Positions 50,958-62,632 of a stretch of 64,000 nt of DNA are shown one piece after another; the stretch's first letter is position 1, and every line of letters starts with the position of its first letter. Made by a program: the position numbers and the translations under genes. The stretch lies in NCBI GenBank assembly GCA_013239625.1, contig MU053881.1:13034879-13098878 (forward strand), read 5' to 3'. Source of the stretch: Lama guanicoe. Lineage: Eukaryota. The notes below the pieces were generated by a model. The model was not told where the DNA came from. It did not search any database and saw only the letters and a list, made by a program, of their open reading frames with translations.

Positions 50958-51501
50958 TATCAGAGCGGGAGGGGGAAATTTCCCCCTCTACTCCTCTTTA
51001 GTTCTTGTGGCTGGCCTAATAAAATTGACACGAGACAGATTAACAAGGTGAAAAAGAGACAAATTTTAAGTCATATGCATGGAGGTCACATAGAAGTGAG
51101 ACCCAAGAAGTATCTAAACTAGGAAGCTTTTATACTTTTTAGACAAAGAAACAGTAAATTTGTGAGGAATTGACAGGACAAAGAAACATTGTGTGCTTAA
51201 TTACTGGAGAATCTAAATAGATTGTGGCCTTGGGGTAGTAAGTTAAAGAAGTAAAAAGGCTTGTTTACACAATCTTCTCAGCTCCAAATTCCCTCTCTCT
51301 GATGATAAGGGTGTCATCCTATCTCCAGATGCAAGGAGAGCACCTTTCGTAAGAGAAATATATTTCCTGCTTTTAAGGGAGGCAGAGGAGGGTCAGAGCT
51401 TTCTTCTTGCATCAGTTGCTTTTGGAGCAACTTTAATTTATAAGAATCAATACGCCAATGTGGCACATTTTGGGACTGCCCGTCTGACACCCAACTATAC
51501 A
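50958..51501 (-). mobile_element. ERV1 solo LTR (MER34-like), related to 45898-46453
   Basis: 'aaatttccccctctactcctctttagttcttgtggctggcctaataaaattgacacgagacagattaacaagg' is the reverse complement of the 3' part of the 45898 LTR. 'gtggcacattttggga' matches its 5' part. Confidence 0.8.
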
Positions 51502-52039
51502 ATATAGTTTTTTATATATTTGTATATAGTTTATATATGTATATAATATATATACAATTTTTTTTCCTGTCACTACATTTTTAGGATTAAGAAGTAAGAA
51601 CATCACAGCCACAACAACAAATGTAATTTTCAATATAAGTAGGAAAAGTCAGCTCATATAAGTTCGCACCTATTACTTTAGGATAATCCAGTTCCAACTC
51701 ATGCTCTTGATGATGACACTGAGTCCTTTCCAGGTATTTAATCATCAAAGATAATATTAGATTATTTGGGAGAAATTCATTATGATAAGACTATATGGAT
51801 TATGAAGGTTTTCAATTATAATTATTGAAAGGACATTTATAGTTATCTCTTCAGTACTCTTATAATCTAATTTTCATAATCCACTTCTAAACCACTCTAG
51901 AAAATTAACATTTCACTGTATATAAGTTGAACTAGGGGTCTAAAAGTTCTTCCTCTTCCCTCAAGATGTGTGTGGATACACACATATGTGCATGGATGAG
52001 TAAGTGGGTGTCTGTGTGGGTAATAATTACAGCTCTGAC

Positions 52040-52240
52040 TGTAGAGACCATTAGACCTCAGCACAAATCCCAGCTCTACTACTTACTCACCACGTGAACT
52101 TGGGAAAATTACTTAAAGCCTCTGAGCCTCACTTTCCGAAAGCTGTTAGAGTAGCTGGAAGCATCAAATAAAGTAACTGCATGCAAAGCCCTAAGCCCAG
52201 TGCCTGGCTAATGATAAGAGACCCTGAGTAGTTACTGTTT
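52040..52240 (+). mobile_element. MIR SINE
   Basis: 'aaatcccagctctactacttactcaccacgtgaacttgggaaaattacttaaagcctctgagcctcactttcc...gcaaagccctaagcccagtgcctggc'. Confidence 0.8.
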
Positions 52241-52489
52241 TCCTTACCATTGTCTTCTGGAATCCCAGCTTGCTCCACTTGGCCATCTTATTCTTGTTAC
52301 ATTAAGCTGGAAAGGATTATGAAGGTTTCTGGACTTTAAAACAAAAAGTCACTGATGATGGTTTCATTTCTCATTCTCCATCATTTGAATCATCACCAGC
52401 TCTCTGCTTGTAGTGCCAACAACTTTTCCTATTGAGTATAAAGAGAAAAAATAATTAGGTCTGAGTATTTTCACTGTCTCTTTTTTTCT

Positions 52490-52975
52490 AACTGGGGCTC
52501 ACTGACCCTGGATGGACTGTCTCTCCCCAGGTATAGCCAGTCCTGCAAGAATACACTTGTCAAATGCACAACAACCATTCCAGAGCCCACATCCTCAAGC
52601 ACCTTGTCCATGGAGCTCTCATGCTCACTATCCACTTGCCCGATCACACCAGAGCCAGGTACCAGGCCACTTAGGGACAGCTCCCATGCCCCAGGGACCA
52701 CTGAAGTTTAATTCAAGCTGACCAGTCCTAAGTGTGCTTACCCTGCCTCTCTCATTCATTCCCATGGAAACCACTGGGAAGACTCTTGCTTTCATTTTCC
52801 CTTCTCCCTCTGCTTCCTGACTGATGGCATTCCTTCCCGAGTGGTGCCACTATGGTGTGACCTCATTTTCTAGGGACCTGTGAGTATAACATACTCTCTT
52901 TTCAATGGCAGGCATCTCCTGATCTGTTGGCCTTACTTTACCTAAATAATACTAAAACCTATCTTTTAAAAAACA
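52490..52975 (+). mobile_element. ERVL solo LTR (MER74-like)
   Basis: 'ccagagccaggtaccagg...ctagggacctgtgagtataa...ctcctgatctgttggcctt...aataatactaaaacctatcttttaaaaaaca'. Confidence 0.65.
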
Positions 52976-55918
52976 GTAATTCCAAATTTAGTGACAAATA
53001 AAGCTATCACTTTCATTTGACTGTAGGAACTTTGAGAATAGGGACCAGATCTACACTGGCCAACTGATGCTCAGTAAATATTTGTTTTATACTTTAAATA
53101 TTATAACTATTAACATAAATATTAATATTAATGTAAATGTTAATATAAATATTAATAAATGTTTACTATAAATATTAATAATATAAATATTAATGCATGG
53201 ATTTATTGCATATTTAAAAGGCCCTGACATACATCTTTATTGGGAGAAAATGTCTGCATTTTTTAAAGTGGAATAAATACATACCGTCATGTTGTTTGTC
53301 CGCTAGCTTGTTCCCTCACAGGAATTTCTTTGGCATTTAAATGTATATAAACTTGCTCATTAGGTATACCAATGGGGAGAACATGACCCAGAGTTAAAGG
53401 ACAGTCCTGGGACTCTGACACACTGCCAGAATATATTGAAGAAAAGGTTCAAGGTTAGGTGGCCTTAACTTTTTAATGGAGACAGAAGATACCTCATATT
53501 CTCAGCCACCTAATGCTGTTGGCAAGCTTCCTGAGGCTTCTTTCTTATTAAGGTGATGTGATTTTTTTCCCTTCATGTGATTAGGAAGCCTCTTTTGGCA
53601 AGAGACAAGTATTTCAGATGAATCCTTGGCTCAAGATTTACTGAGGATTTAGGAAGAGGGTGGGTCTTGCCTTTTTTGAAGTAGCAAGCAATATGGAAAT
53701 AGAATTTATACAGCTTTTTGGGAATTACTACACCAGGGGATCCTCTGAAATATTAAAGACTAAATCTAAAACATCTTTATGCTTTATTTAGCATCTGCTC
53801 TGATAGGCTGAAAATAATATCAAATGAACTTATTTTGCACAGGCTAATTCTCTTTTTGCTTTGAAGTGCTTTCTTTACAGCCTGTGCTCAATAAATACAT
53901 GTTTAACACATGAATCTATGTTTAGATGCATCTTTTCTAGTAAGGTCACATAGGAAGTACCTAATTCATTAACCTTTTCTTGCTGAGAAATTGAAATGTT
54001 TCTGAAGAAGCCAAACTTATGTTAAATCAATTATTTTTAAAAATCTCACGTGTACACTAGGACGCTTCCATAAAATGCTAAGCTCCATTTAAAATAAGAT
54101 TCTAGTGTAGGGAAGAATTACAAAAAACTGGAAATAGACCCAAAAGATGACTGAGTATCCTCTGTATTGTTCCAGGTTATCTCTGCTTTTCATTATTTTT
54201 GAGCTGTTTTACTGATAAATATGCAAAGATATTTGTCCACAACAATGTAAATTGTGTCTGGTGGGGATTCAGTTGATTACTGATTATTGCCCTGTTCAGA
54301 TTGTCCACGTGTGCCTGCTCTGCACCGGTTAAGCACATTCCTTTCAGCTTTCACGATGGGCCAATACAGTCACCTTCTTCTTAGCTTTTTGTCTTTTTGA
54401 GCCTCTAAAGTAACATCTTACTCTCCCCTTAATTAATGAGTTAAGTACAAGCTTTGTCAACGTATTTATTTTATATCTTTATGATAAGACCTTCTTTGAA
54501 AACATACCTTTTAGCACTAGTACTAAAATAAACAAAATGAAACAAAATTCCTGGGGAGAAGTTTAGATAAATAACAAAGGCATATCCCATGGCACGCATG
54601 CCTGGGTATTGGCTAATTTGATGGAGGTGTGACCTCTCCTAAGGCTCAACTCAGCAGTGTCCTCTAGTCCTAGATAGTGAAGCCTTTTCATTCTTCCAAG
54701 GGAAGCCAGTTATTCCCTCCAAAGTTTCTTCTTAAATGACTTTCTGTGGCTGAGCCCCCAGAGCTTCCTTCTGAGACCGCACCAGTTTCTTTGGTGCCCC
54801 TTGAGTTACTCCCTCCCAACCATTTGAACAATTTCTGTCATTACCTTGCATGTAGAGGATCCAATCTGAAAAAAAATAAACAGAGAGAGAATATACTGCC
54901 TTGTTGTTTTGTGCACAACACCCTGACACTTGAGCAGGCAAGGCAATGATTACAAAATCAATTCCCCCTGCACATTAGCTCTAGAGATGGAACACAGTGG
55001 CTTTTGTCTCTGTTCTTTATGGAGTCTTTTAAAACGCTGTTGTATTCCACTCAATTGTGCCATGAGCGCCTATGACAATCATTAATGCTTTATGAAGTGG
55101 TGCATTATCTGTTCAATGAAATTCAAAATGTGTTCTAAACAACTTCAAATCAGAAGTGACTGACTGCCTGGAACTCTGACAGATATCCCTGTCCTTGGCT
55201 TGTTAAATGGGCAATGAACTAGACAGACACCTCTGGGCAGAATAAACTACATTTCCCTAAAATAAGATGTGCTTTTGCCTTAAAAGGACTTAAATAAGTG
55301 AAGAAAATTCAAAAATGAGCAGGCTAAGAGGAAGTTGTGACAGTGACTGCTGAAATGATGTCCCAAAGAATGCAGCATATTTATTGTATTCTGGTGAGGG
55401 GACAGCGGGCTTCGGCATGGGGTAATCTTAGATTTAGTTTACAAAGACCCCACTGACTAGCTGCGGTAGACAAGTTTCTGACTACTTTAAGCATTGTATT
55501 ATTCATCTGTAAAATTAAAATAACAATATTCATGAAATTACATGAGGGTGAATTTATAGAAAGCATGAAAATGCTTACTTAACATAATGTTGACATCTAC
55601 TAAGTGTACAATAAGCAGTAGCTATTTTTTTATTAATTAAAAATTCAGATCTTGAAGACTCTGATTAGGTGTTTCCATTGATTCCCAATGCCCAGGGCAA
55701 TGCCTTATATATAGTAGATGGTTAAAATTATTTCTTGGCTGAATGAGTGATTTATTGCATTCCTAAATATAAGAATGAATTCCATTCATGAGTATAAAAG
55801 GGTTAAGCAATGATGGTGAATGATACTGAAAGAAGAAAGAAAAACGAGACAAAGTTCAAGTGTGAAAGTTAAACCGCTAGGTTCCTTTTGGGGCTGGGGA
55901 CTGTTTTTCCCCACTTAC

Positions 55919-55951
55919 CCTCTCAGGGTAATTGCAGGTGTCAGAAAGAGT
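55919..55951 (-). other. Candidate 33-nt exon
   Basis: Minus strand: ~60-nt pyrimidine-rich tract, ...ttctctctgaaaAG|ACTCTTTCTGACACCTGCAATTACCCTGAGAGG|GTAAGT. Frame 0 reads TLSDTCNYPER. Confidence 0.25.
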
Positions 55952-57712
55952 CTTTTCAGAGAGAAGACAGAAATGTAAATAAGAAGTAGATGAAAGAGAA
56001 AGGAAGGAATAAAATATAAAGCTTTTTTAAAATTTTCTGGGTAAACTACTAAAACAAAATGACTAAGTAAATTGTTATAGACTGTAATTGGAGCAACTTA
56101 TAAATTTATTGGGTAAATCAGTTCTACACATTACAGCTGACAGAGTTAGTAACTACTCAGAGTCCTTCTTCTGTCTATTGGGTTTGTTCAGTGATAGTCT
56201 CATGTTCTAATCCTGATCAGAATCCACAGGTAGGACTTTCAATGGAATGTTAATAAATTAAAAGGCAAAATAAGTGAATGGCTTAAATGTACAGTAATCA
56301 GAACCTTGTGTCATGAGTAAAAGTTGATAGAGTAACAGATACTTACTTAGCTTGGAAAAAACAAAACCCAGATAATATAACTAAATACTTGAGGTTCTTA
56401 ATGAGTAAAAATTGATTGCTCTTATTCATTGAGACTCTTGAGAGGTAATTGAGAACTATGGATTCAGTTTATGAACAGATGAATTTCTAAGAATGAAGAC
56501 TATCCAGTATTGCAATAAACCTCCTCAGGGCTTAATGGATTTCTTCTCATTAGAGATTCAGGCAGAAGCTGGACCATCATGTCTTAGAGATATTATAGGG
56601 TTGGAATGGATAAATTTGGAGGCCTTTCCAACTCCAAGCTTTTGTTCTATGATTGCTCACTTCCAGCCAGTGTTGTCAAACTTTCAGGTTGCTAGCTGGT
56701 TCTGTGTGCATCAGAAAACTCTGGGGCATATTTAGAGCCCAGAATTTCCTCTTTCATCAAGCAACAGAACATGTTGGCCAAACTTATATTCCTCTCCCTT
56801 GCTTCATTCTTTATGTCTAAAATGAAATTGGGAGAAAGTATTTGTCTGTTACACTATCTGGATTCCTCACTGAGAAATTCTCATCTCATGGGGATCTTTT
56901 CTGAATAGGAAAAATTGACTTTTCCTTTCTCAGAATCACCCACAGAGATTCACTCAGCATGTTCCCCTGCTGGCTTTCTCCTTTCCCCGTGTATGACATT
57001 ACTCAGTTTTTATCTTTAGACACATTCCAGGCCACATCATAGGAGTTTCTGAGTTCTGGTAACAATAGGGGGTTACAAGACAGTAACTACTGGTGAATAA
57101 TAAGGGATACATTGGGGGCAGTGATAGATGCAAGAAAGAGCCCTGACTCTAGTTATTTGAGGAAACAGCATCACACACTTCAATTTTCTAAACTTCAGCT
57201 TCTTTCTTTGTACCATGGAGTTAATCGCCTTTGCCCTGATTTTTTTCTTAATGCTTTTTGATGTTTAAGCACGCTGGTATATTTGAAAATTTCCTATTAA
57301 GTGTAAGTTATTGCTAAAATGTGAAAGGTGTCGAATATGATGATTGTTTGGAATATCAAATCATTGAATGAATGCCTTCTTTAGGACATACAGTACATAT
57401 CATTTGTAGCAGTAGTTGGCTTAAGTCTTTTAAAAAGGCAGTTTTTTTCACTCCATTAGAGACGACATAAAGCAATATTACTTTATTCTTTCCAGAGACC
57501 ACTAAGATCCTAAGTTTGCTGCTGCTAGCTTTTTGTTCAGCAGATAAATGGTCAGATGACTTCCTCGAAGCACAATTAGATCACAAGCTTGTTGTGTTAG
57601 TAGTTTCCAGTGGACAGAGAAGCTGTCTCTTCTACCTGGCCCCTTGTAGACACAGTACCATAATTAGTAAAGTAGGTAAGTTTCCACTGTCCCCTTCCCA
57701 CTCCTACTTCTT

Positions 57713-58396
57713 TTTTTTTAGTTGAAGAATAGTCAGTTACAATGTGTCAGTTTCTGGTATACAGCACAATGTCCCAGCCATGCGTGTATATATATGAAAA
57801 GAAATATGAAAAATGAAAAGAATATGAAAAGAAATATGAAATATGAAAAGAATATGAAAATGAATATATATATTTTCATCTTCTTTTTCATTAAAGGTTA
57901 TTACAGAATATTGAACATAGTTCCCTGTACGATATAGAAGACACTTTTTAAAATCTATTTTTATATATAGTGGTTAACATTTGCAAATCTCAAACTCCCA
58001 GATTTATCCCTTCCCACCCCCCCAGTTACTATAAGATTGTTTACTATGTCTGCAAGTCTGTTTCTGTTTTGTAGATGAGTTCATTAGTGTCCACTTTTTT
58101 TATTTTTTTAGATTCCACATATAAGTGATATCATATGGTCTTTTTCTTCTCTTTCTGACTGTCTTCACTTACAGTGACGATCTCTAGGTACATCCATGTT
58201 GTTACAAATGGCATTATTTTATTTTTTATGGTTGAATAGTAATCCATTGTATAAATATACCACAACTTCTTTATCCAGTCCTCTGTTGATGGGCATTTAG
58301 GTTGCTTCCATGTCTTGGCTATTGTAAATAGTGCTGCTATGAACACTGGGGTCATGTATCTTTTCAAATTAGAGTTCCTTCTGGATATATTGCCTG
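57713..58396 (-). mobile_element. 5'-truncated young L1 3' end with TSD
   Basis: ORF2 tail PVFIAALFTIAKTWKQPKCPSTEDWIKKLWYIYTMDYYS. TSD CCCACTCCTACTTCTT (57697-57712) / CCCACTCCTGCCTCTT (58397-58412). Confidence 0.93.
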
Positions 58397-58769
58397 CCCA
58401 CTCCTGCCTCTTAATATTCATTGTTTTCAGGGCAGACCCTGGCAGGCACCAGGCTTTAGAAAGCAATGATAAAAGGCCACATTAGCAGTGAAAATAATGG
58501 CAGGAAGAAAACTGTACTCCATTCTGTGAGTAGAGAGGGTGCTGACCTCTTCTTCCCTCCATATTGCCTTTTTAAAGAATATTACAGCCAGCAGGGAGAG
58601 AACTCTCAGTGCTAATAATAATGGCATTATTGTTCCCTCGAGATGTTCTGGTCCTCTGGAGTTTATCTCTTTCTGTTATGGGGCAGATAGCCAAACAGAG
58701 CGGCTTACTTGGTTCTTCATTGTATGTTCATTGCCCACATCCAGGCCCTAGTAGGAATGCAATTTTTAT

Positions 58770-58977
58770 GGAAGGAAGGAAGGAGGAAGGGAGGGAGGCA
58801 GAGGGGAGGGGAGGAGAGGAGAGGGAAAGAATGAGGGAGGGAGGGAGGGAGGAAGGAGAGAAAGAGAAAGAAAAAAAGGAAAGAGAGAAAGAAAGAGAGA
58901 GAGAAAATAGAAGGAAAAAAAGAAAGAAGAAAAAAGAAAGAAAGAAGAGGGGAGAAAGGAAAGAAGAAAGGAAGAAA
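58770..58977. repeat. ~208-bp polypurine/polypyrimidine tract (GGAA/GGGA/GAAA mosaic)
   Basis: Only three pyrimidines on the + strand across the tract. It explains ORFs 58609..58986 and 58728..59042. Confidence 0.92.
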
Positions 58978-59269
58978 TGGCAGTGATTTACGTCAAAACA
59001 GATACTGCGAGAAGCAGCAAACTTGTTCCAGTTGGGCTCCAATAGCTACTCTTCACAGTAAGTTGAGTGTTCCTGTGTGGAACTTTCTGTCAGATTCCAC
59101 CAGAGAAGAAAAGTGTGAGACCTATGCAAAATATATATTCCCTCCCAGAAAAAGAAATACCCTAAAGAATCAGAGGAAAACTGTGTGTCTGGAAAAGGTT
59201 TTGTGTAAAAACAAGAGGAGATTATAAAAGCTATCTAATCTACGAAATTAAAGCAAGCAGATGTGAAGT

Positions 59270-59830
59270 GGGAAAAATCTAATATTAGAAAATATGTTTG
59301 ATGACAATACAGTTATTAAATTCAAAATAAAGATAGAGAAAAATCAAACACATATAGAAGACAAAATTAAGATATTGACCGAGACCCACAAAATAAGAGT
59401 AAAGTGGTAACAGTAGTTGAAAGACATTAGTATTTGCATCAGTTCCAGTTTCCATGTCTGAGGATTACTTGGTCTGGAAGGAGGGCAGGCAGTGTTAAAA
59501 AGAGCATGCAGAGGAGAAGAAATGTTCAGTGAAATGATACAATGTACTTAAAATTTCCCTGAGAGGAAGACTTGAAGAGGCAGATCAAAAAATTTCACAA
59601 AGCTAAAAAAAAATTCAGAGTTAGGTATGTTATTTTGATTTTATTTTAAAATTCAAGAGTAAAGAAAATGTAACCTTTAGATATCAAGGCGTGGGGTGTT
59701 ACCTATATAGGAAAGAAAAAGGGTATCTTAGAATTTTCCTATATAGCATGAAAGACGAGAAGGCAGCACGATGATGTTTTGAGAAAAAAGAATTCTAGCG
59801 CGCAAAGTCTATGTTGATTTAAGTTGTCAT
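59270..59830 (+). mobile_element. Very old L1/HAL1 ORF1-like remnant
   Basis: A-rich; 'aaatttccctgagaggaagacttgaag...cagatcaaaa', 'gagtaaagaaaatg', 'ttacctatataggaaag' and 'aagaattctag' occur in ORF1-like order. Confidence 0.4.
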
Positions 59831-62536
59831 CTATATGCAAACAGATAGATAGGTGATAGCACATATATGTGTACACATCTATCTGTATTTTCAGAAAACT
59901 TAGGGATCAACAAATTTAAAAATCTATCTGTTATAAATCCTTTGTAATGGAAATATACACATGCATACACAGCTGTCTGAAAAATGCATTTAAAAATTTA
60001 AGATTAGGTAAGTGACAATATGAAATAATTAATAATGTTCAGGAAAGCCAGTTATTCAAAATGCAATGTTGTAAAACGGAATCTTCTCTTTGGATACAGT
60101 TGTTTCAAATTCAAGAGAGGGGAGATGGCGGAGGAAGCCTCATTTTGACTTCAGTCTTCAGCCAGCTTCTCCAGTGTTCAGAAGCCCTTTGTTCAGTGAG
60201 TTAGAGAGTACGCCAGATTAATAAAGTAAAATCCTCTTTCCTGTGTAGACATTCATCCTTGGTTACATGCTCTCCTAATCCTACAACCACAGAGCGCAGA
60301 AGGATTGCGTTGTGCCCCCTTTACTGCTGATGTGCAATTGATAGACTGTTCTCTTGGAATCATAAGTACAGTGTCATTACTGAGTTAATCTCCCCTCCAT
60401 CTCACTCCCAATATTAAGGGTAAATCACTAACATATTAAAAAAACAGTGTCTCTAATTATGCACTTTGAAAATGCAGCCTTTTTAGCTTTGCCGAAACTC
60501 TAGGGATCTTGCCATGAGAGGGGCTCCTTTGAAAGGTAAGAGACGTTGACAATGCTCTATTAACCCAGCTCTGGGAACTCAGTGAAAAGAGCGTCAGTGA
60601 CAAGACCCTTGAATAGGAAAGAGCGTTAAGCATTTATTTAAAGTAAAAGATCGCTATGAGAAAGAGGAGCTTTCCCCCATATACTCTTTAACTGGGGTGT
60701 TGGTAAGAGGTTACAAAACTCAGCCAGGCAACTTTTCCGAATGTTTTGCATTCATGGCAACAGCATGGATGGCTGCAGACTGTGCGATTTCTATCTTTCT
60801 TGGTTGTGCCACGAAATTTCTGATTATGTTCAAGGAGCTAAATAAATAGAGGTATACTCCTTTCAGACCCAGAAAGCAATTACTGCCAGGCTTCTGGGCT
60901 TTTAAGAGAATTGCTTCTTGGTGAGGAAGAGAGAGGGGGAGAGGAAAGGGACAGGTGCTGAGAAAATAATGGCAAGACCTCTTAGTAAAGGTATGTGATA
61001 GATCTTTAATTTACTGCCAGGCTATTGAAATTCAAAATCAGTATTTTAAAGCGGGGTTTTATTTGACACTATGACAACCAAAATTCACCAGAGTCCACTG
61101 GAAGAAAAAAGTGTGACCGGAGAATAATTATTCATTTTTGTGTAATTCATCTTGTTAGTTTTAAAGGGGAGCCTGAGAGTCTTCTACCTAAGTTTTTTCA
61201 TAAAACAGAAGATATCAGCTTTCTAGTTTCTATGTATCTCAGCCATCTGCTAGATTTGATTCTGGTTGAGCAGTGATGCTTGGCCAGTGATGCTAACACC
61301 CTTCAGACTCAGATCACTGGCGGAATTGCTTAGCTCCTTTAATCGGGTGGGTGTCCTCACTGTTCGTCCAGCACCTTGTCATCGTCGCGCTGCTGTGGAG
61401 TAACCCCATTCTTCCCTCGGTGGGGTCGAACTACAGCCATCTGTTAAGGTTCATATCAAGTACCTTTTCCTCCATTGAACTGTCTCTTACTTCTCCATCC
61501 CACGTGGACTTTTACATTCCCTTATGTCTTAGTTGTAGCTATCCTTAGATTGATATGATTTAACAATTAACTGACTTCCCAGTAACTCGTGAGGGTTATC
61601 CTTGTAGCCTGGCTTGGAACTTAATCAGTACTCCTCACAGACTACTTAATCTCAGTGATCCTCTGTCTCCTTTTGTATTCTTTCTGACCTCAGTGTTCTT
61701 TATAAAGTAACTGTATACCTATATAGATATAGATATATTTAATAAATATATAATATAAATATATGTACCTATTTATATTCTATTGAATTTAGCCCCGTAC
61801 TTGCACAAAGGTTTATAGTTCCCTTCTCCTTTTTTCCGTTCTTCTTTCCCTTTTTTTTTTGCCCTTTATGAACAAAGATGCTAATTCACATATTTCAGTG
61901 CTGAGTAAATCGAGTTCTTCACAGACACTTAAAATACATTTGCAGATCAAAAGCTGGATGAAAAGGAGTAATATTTTCTCTAGAACAGTGAGTCTTTAAA
62001 CAAAAATAACTAGGAAAGAGTAATTGTTCTATTTTCATGATAGACTTTATTGAAAGTGGTCAGCCTGAATGATAATGATAACTTGTGTTAAGAAGGTAGA
62101 GTCTAGAAGATTGTGGCTTTCTTTCCCACTCCATCAATCTAAACCACGTACTAAACTTACTTCTGTAGATTAATTTACATCTGTGGTCAAGGGAAATTGG
62201 TACAGCTAAGAGTAAGTTTGGAATTTTAAAGAATTAAAATACTTCCAGGGGTTTTTAATATTACTTTTCCCATTCATAAATTGTTATGCTTATATAAAAT
62301 CTGGAATTGAACTCTTATTTGATTAAATTAAATTAAAAACAATAAACTCTTCTTTGTAATGGGATTCCTTTCTCTTGTCTCCCATAGAGCAACCTGATTT
62401 TAAGGAACAGATCATTTGTTAAGCAGCTTGTAGTGAGAATAAAGACCCTGCCAGGGTTTGCTCAAGGAGAAATGATGAGCGGTCACTAAACTGCCTTTTT
62501 AAAGGTTAAAGAGTTAACTACCAGGTTTTGACTTAC

Positions 62537-62632
62537 CCGATATGTCACCGGGGGTGGAGCAGACTTGCTTGAAGAGGAGGTTATTTGTTGCAGAGGAAAA
62601 GAGTCGGCAGGGAGAAAGTGAGACTGTTGTGG
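62537..62632 (-). other. Candidate exon (96 nt)
   Basis: Minus strand: ttgtaattttctctgttgctctcAG|ccacaacag ... gacatatcgg|GTAAGT. Frame 0 open (PQQSHFLPADSFPLQQITSSSSKSAPPPVTYR); one other frame also open. Confidence 0.35.

Noticed and set aside
45898..51501. Provirus bounded by two related LTRs
   Set aside because: The LTRs are inverted and diverged, one has its own TSD, and I see no PBS or gag/pol between them.
58609..59042. Charged 125-aa ORF and Phe/Ser/Leu-rich 104-aa antisense ORF
   Set aside because: Both result from the stop-free polypurine tract.
60090..60195. Plus-strand exon or start-codon context (GAGATGGCGG; TCA|GTGAGT)
   Set aside because: The ATG frame stops after 7 codons and the donor exon side is weak.
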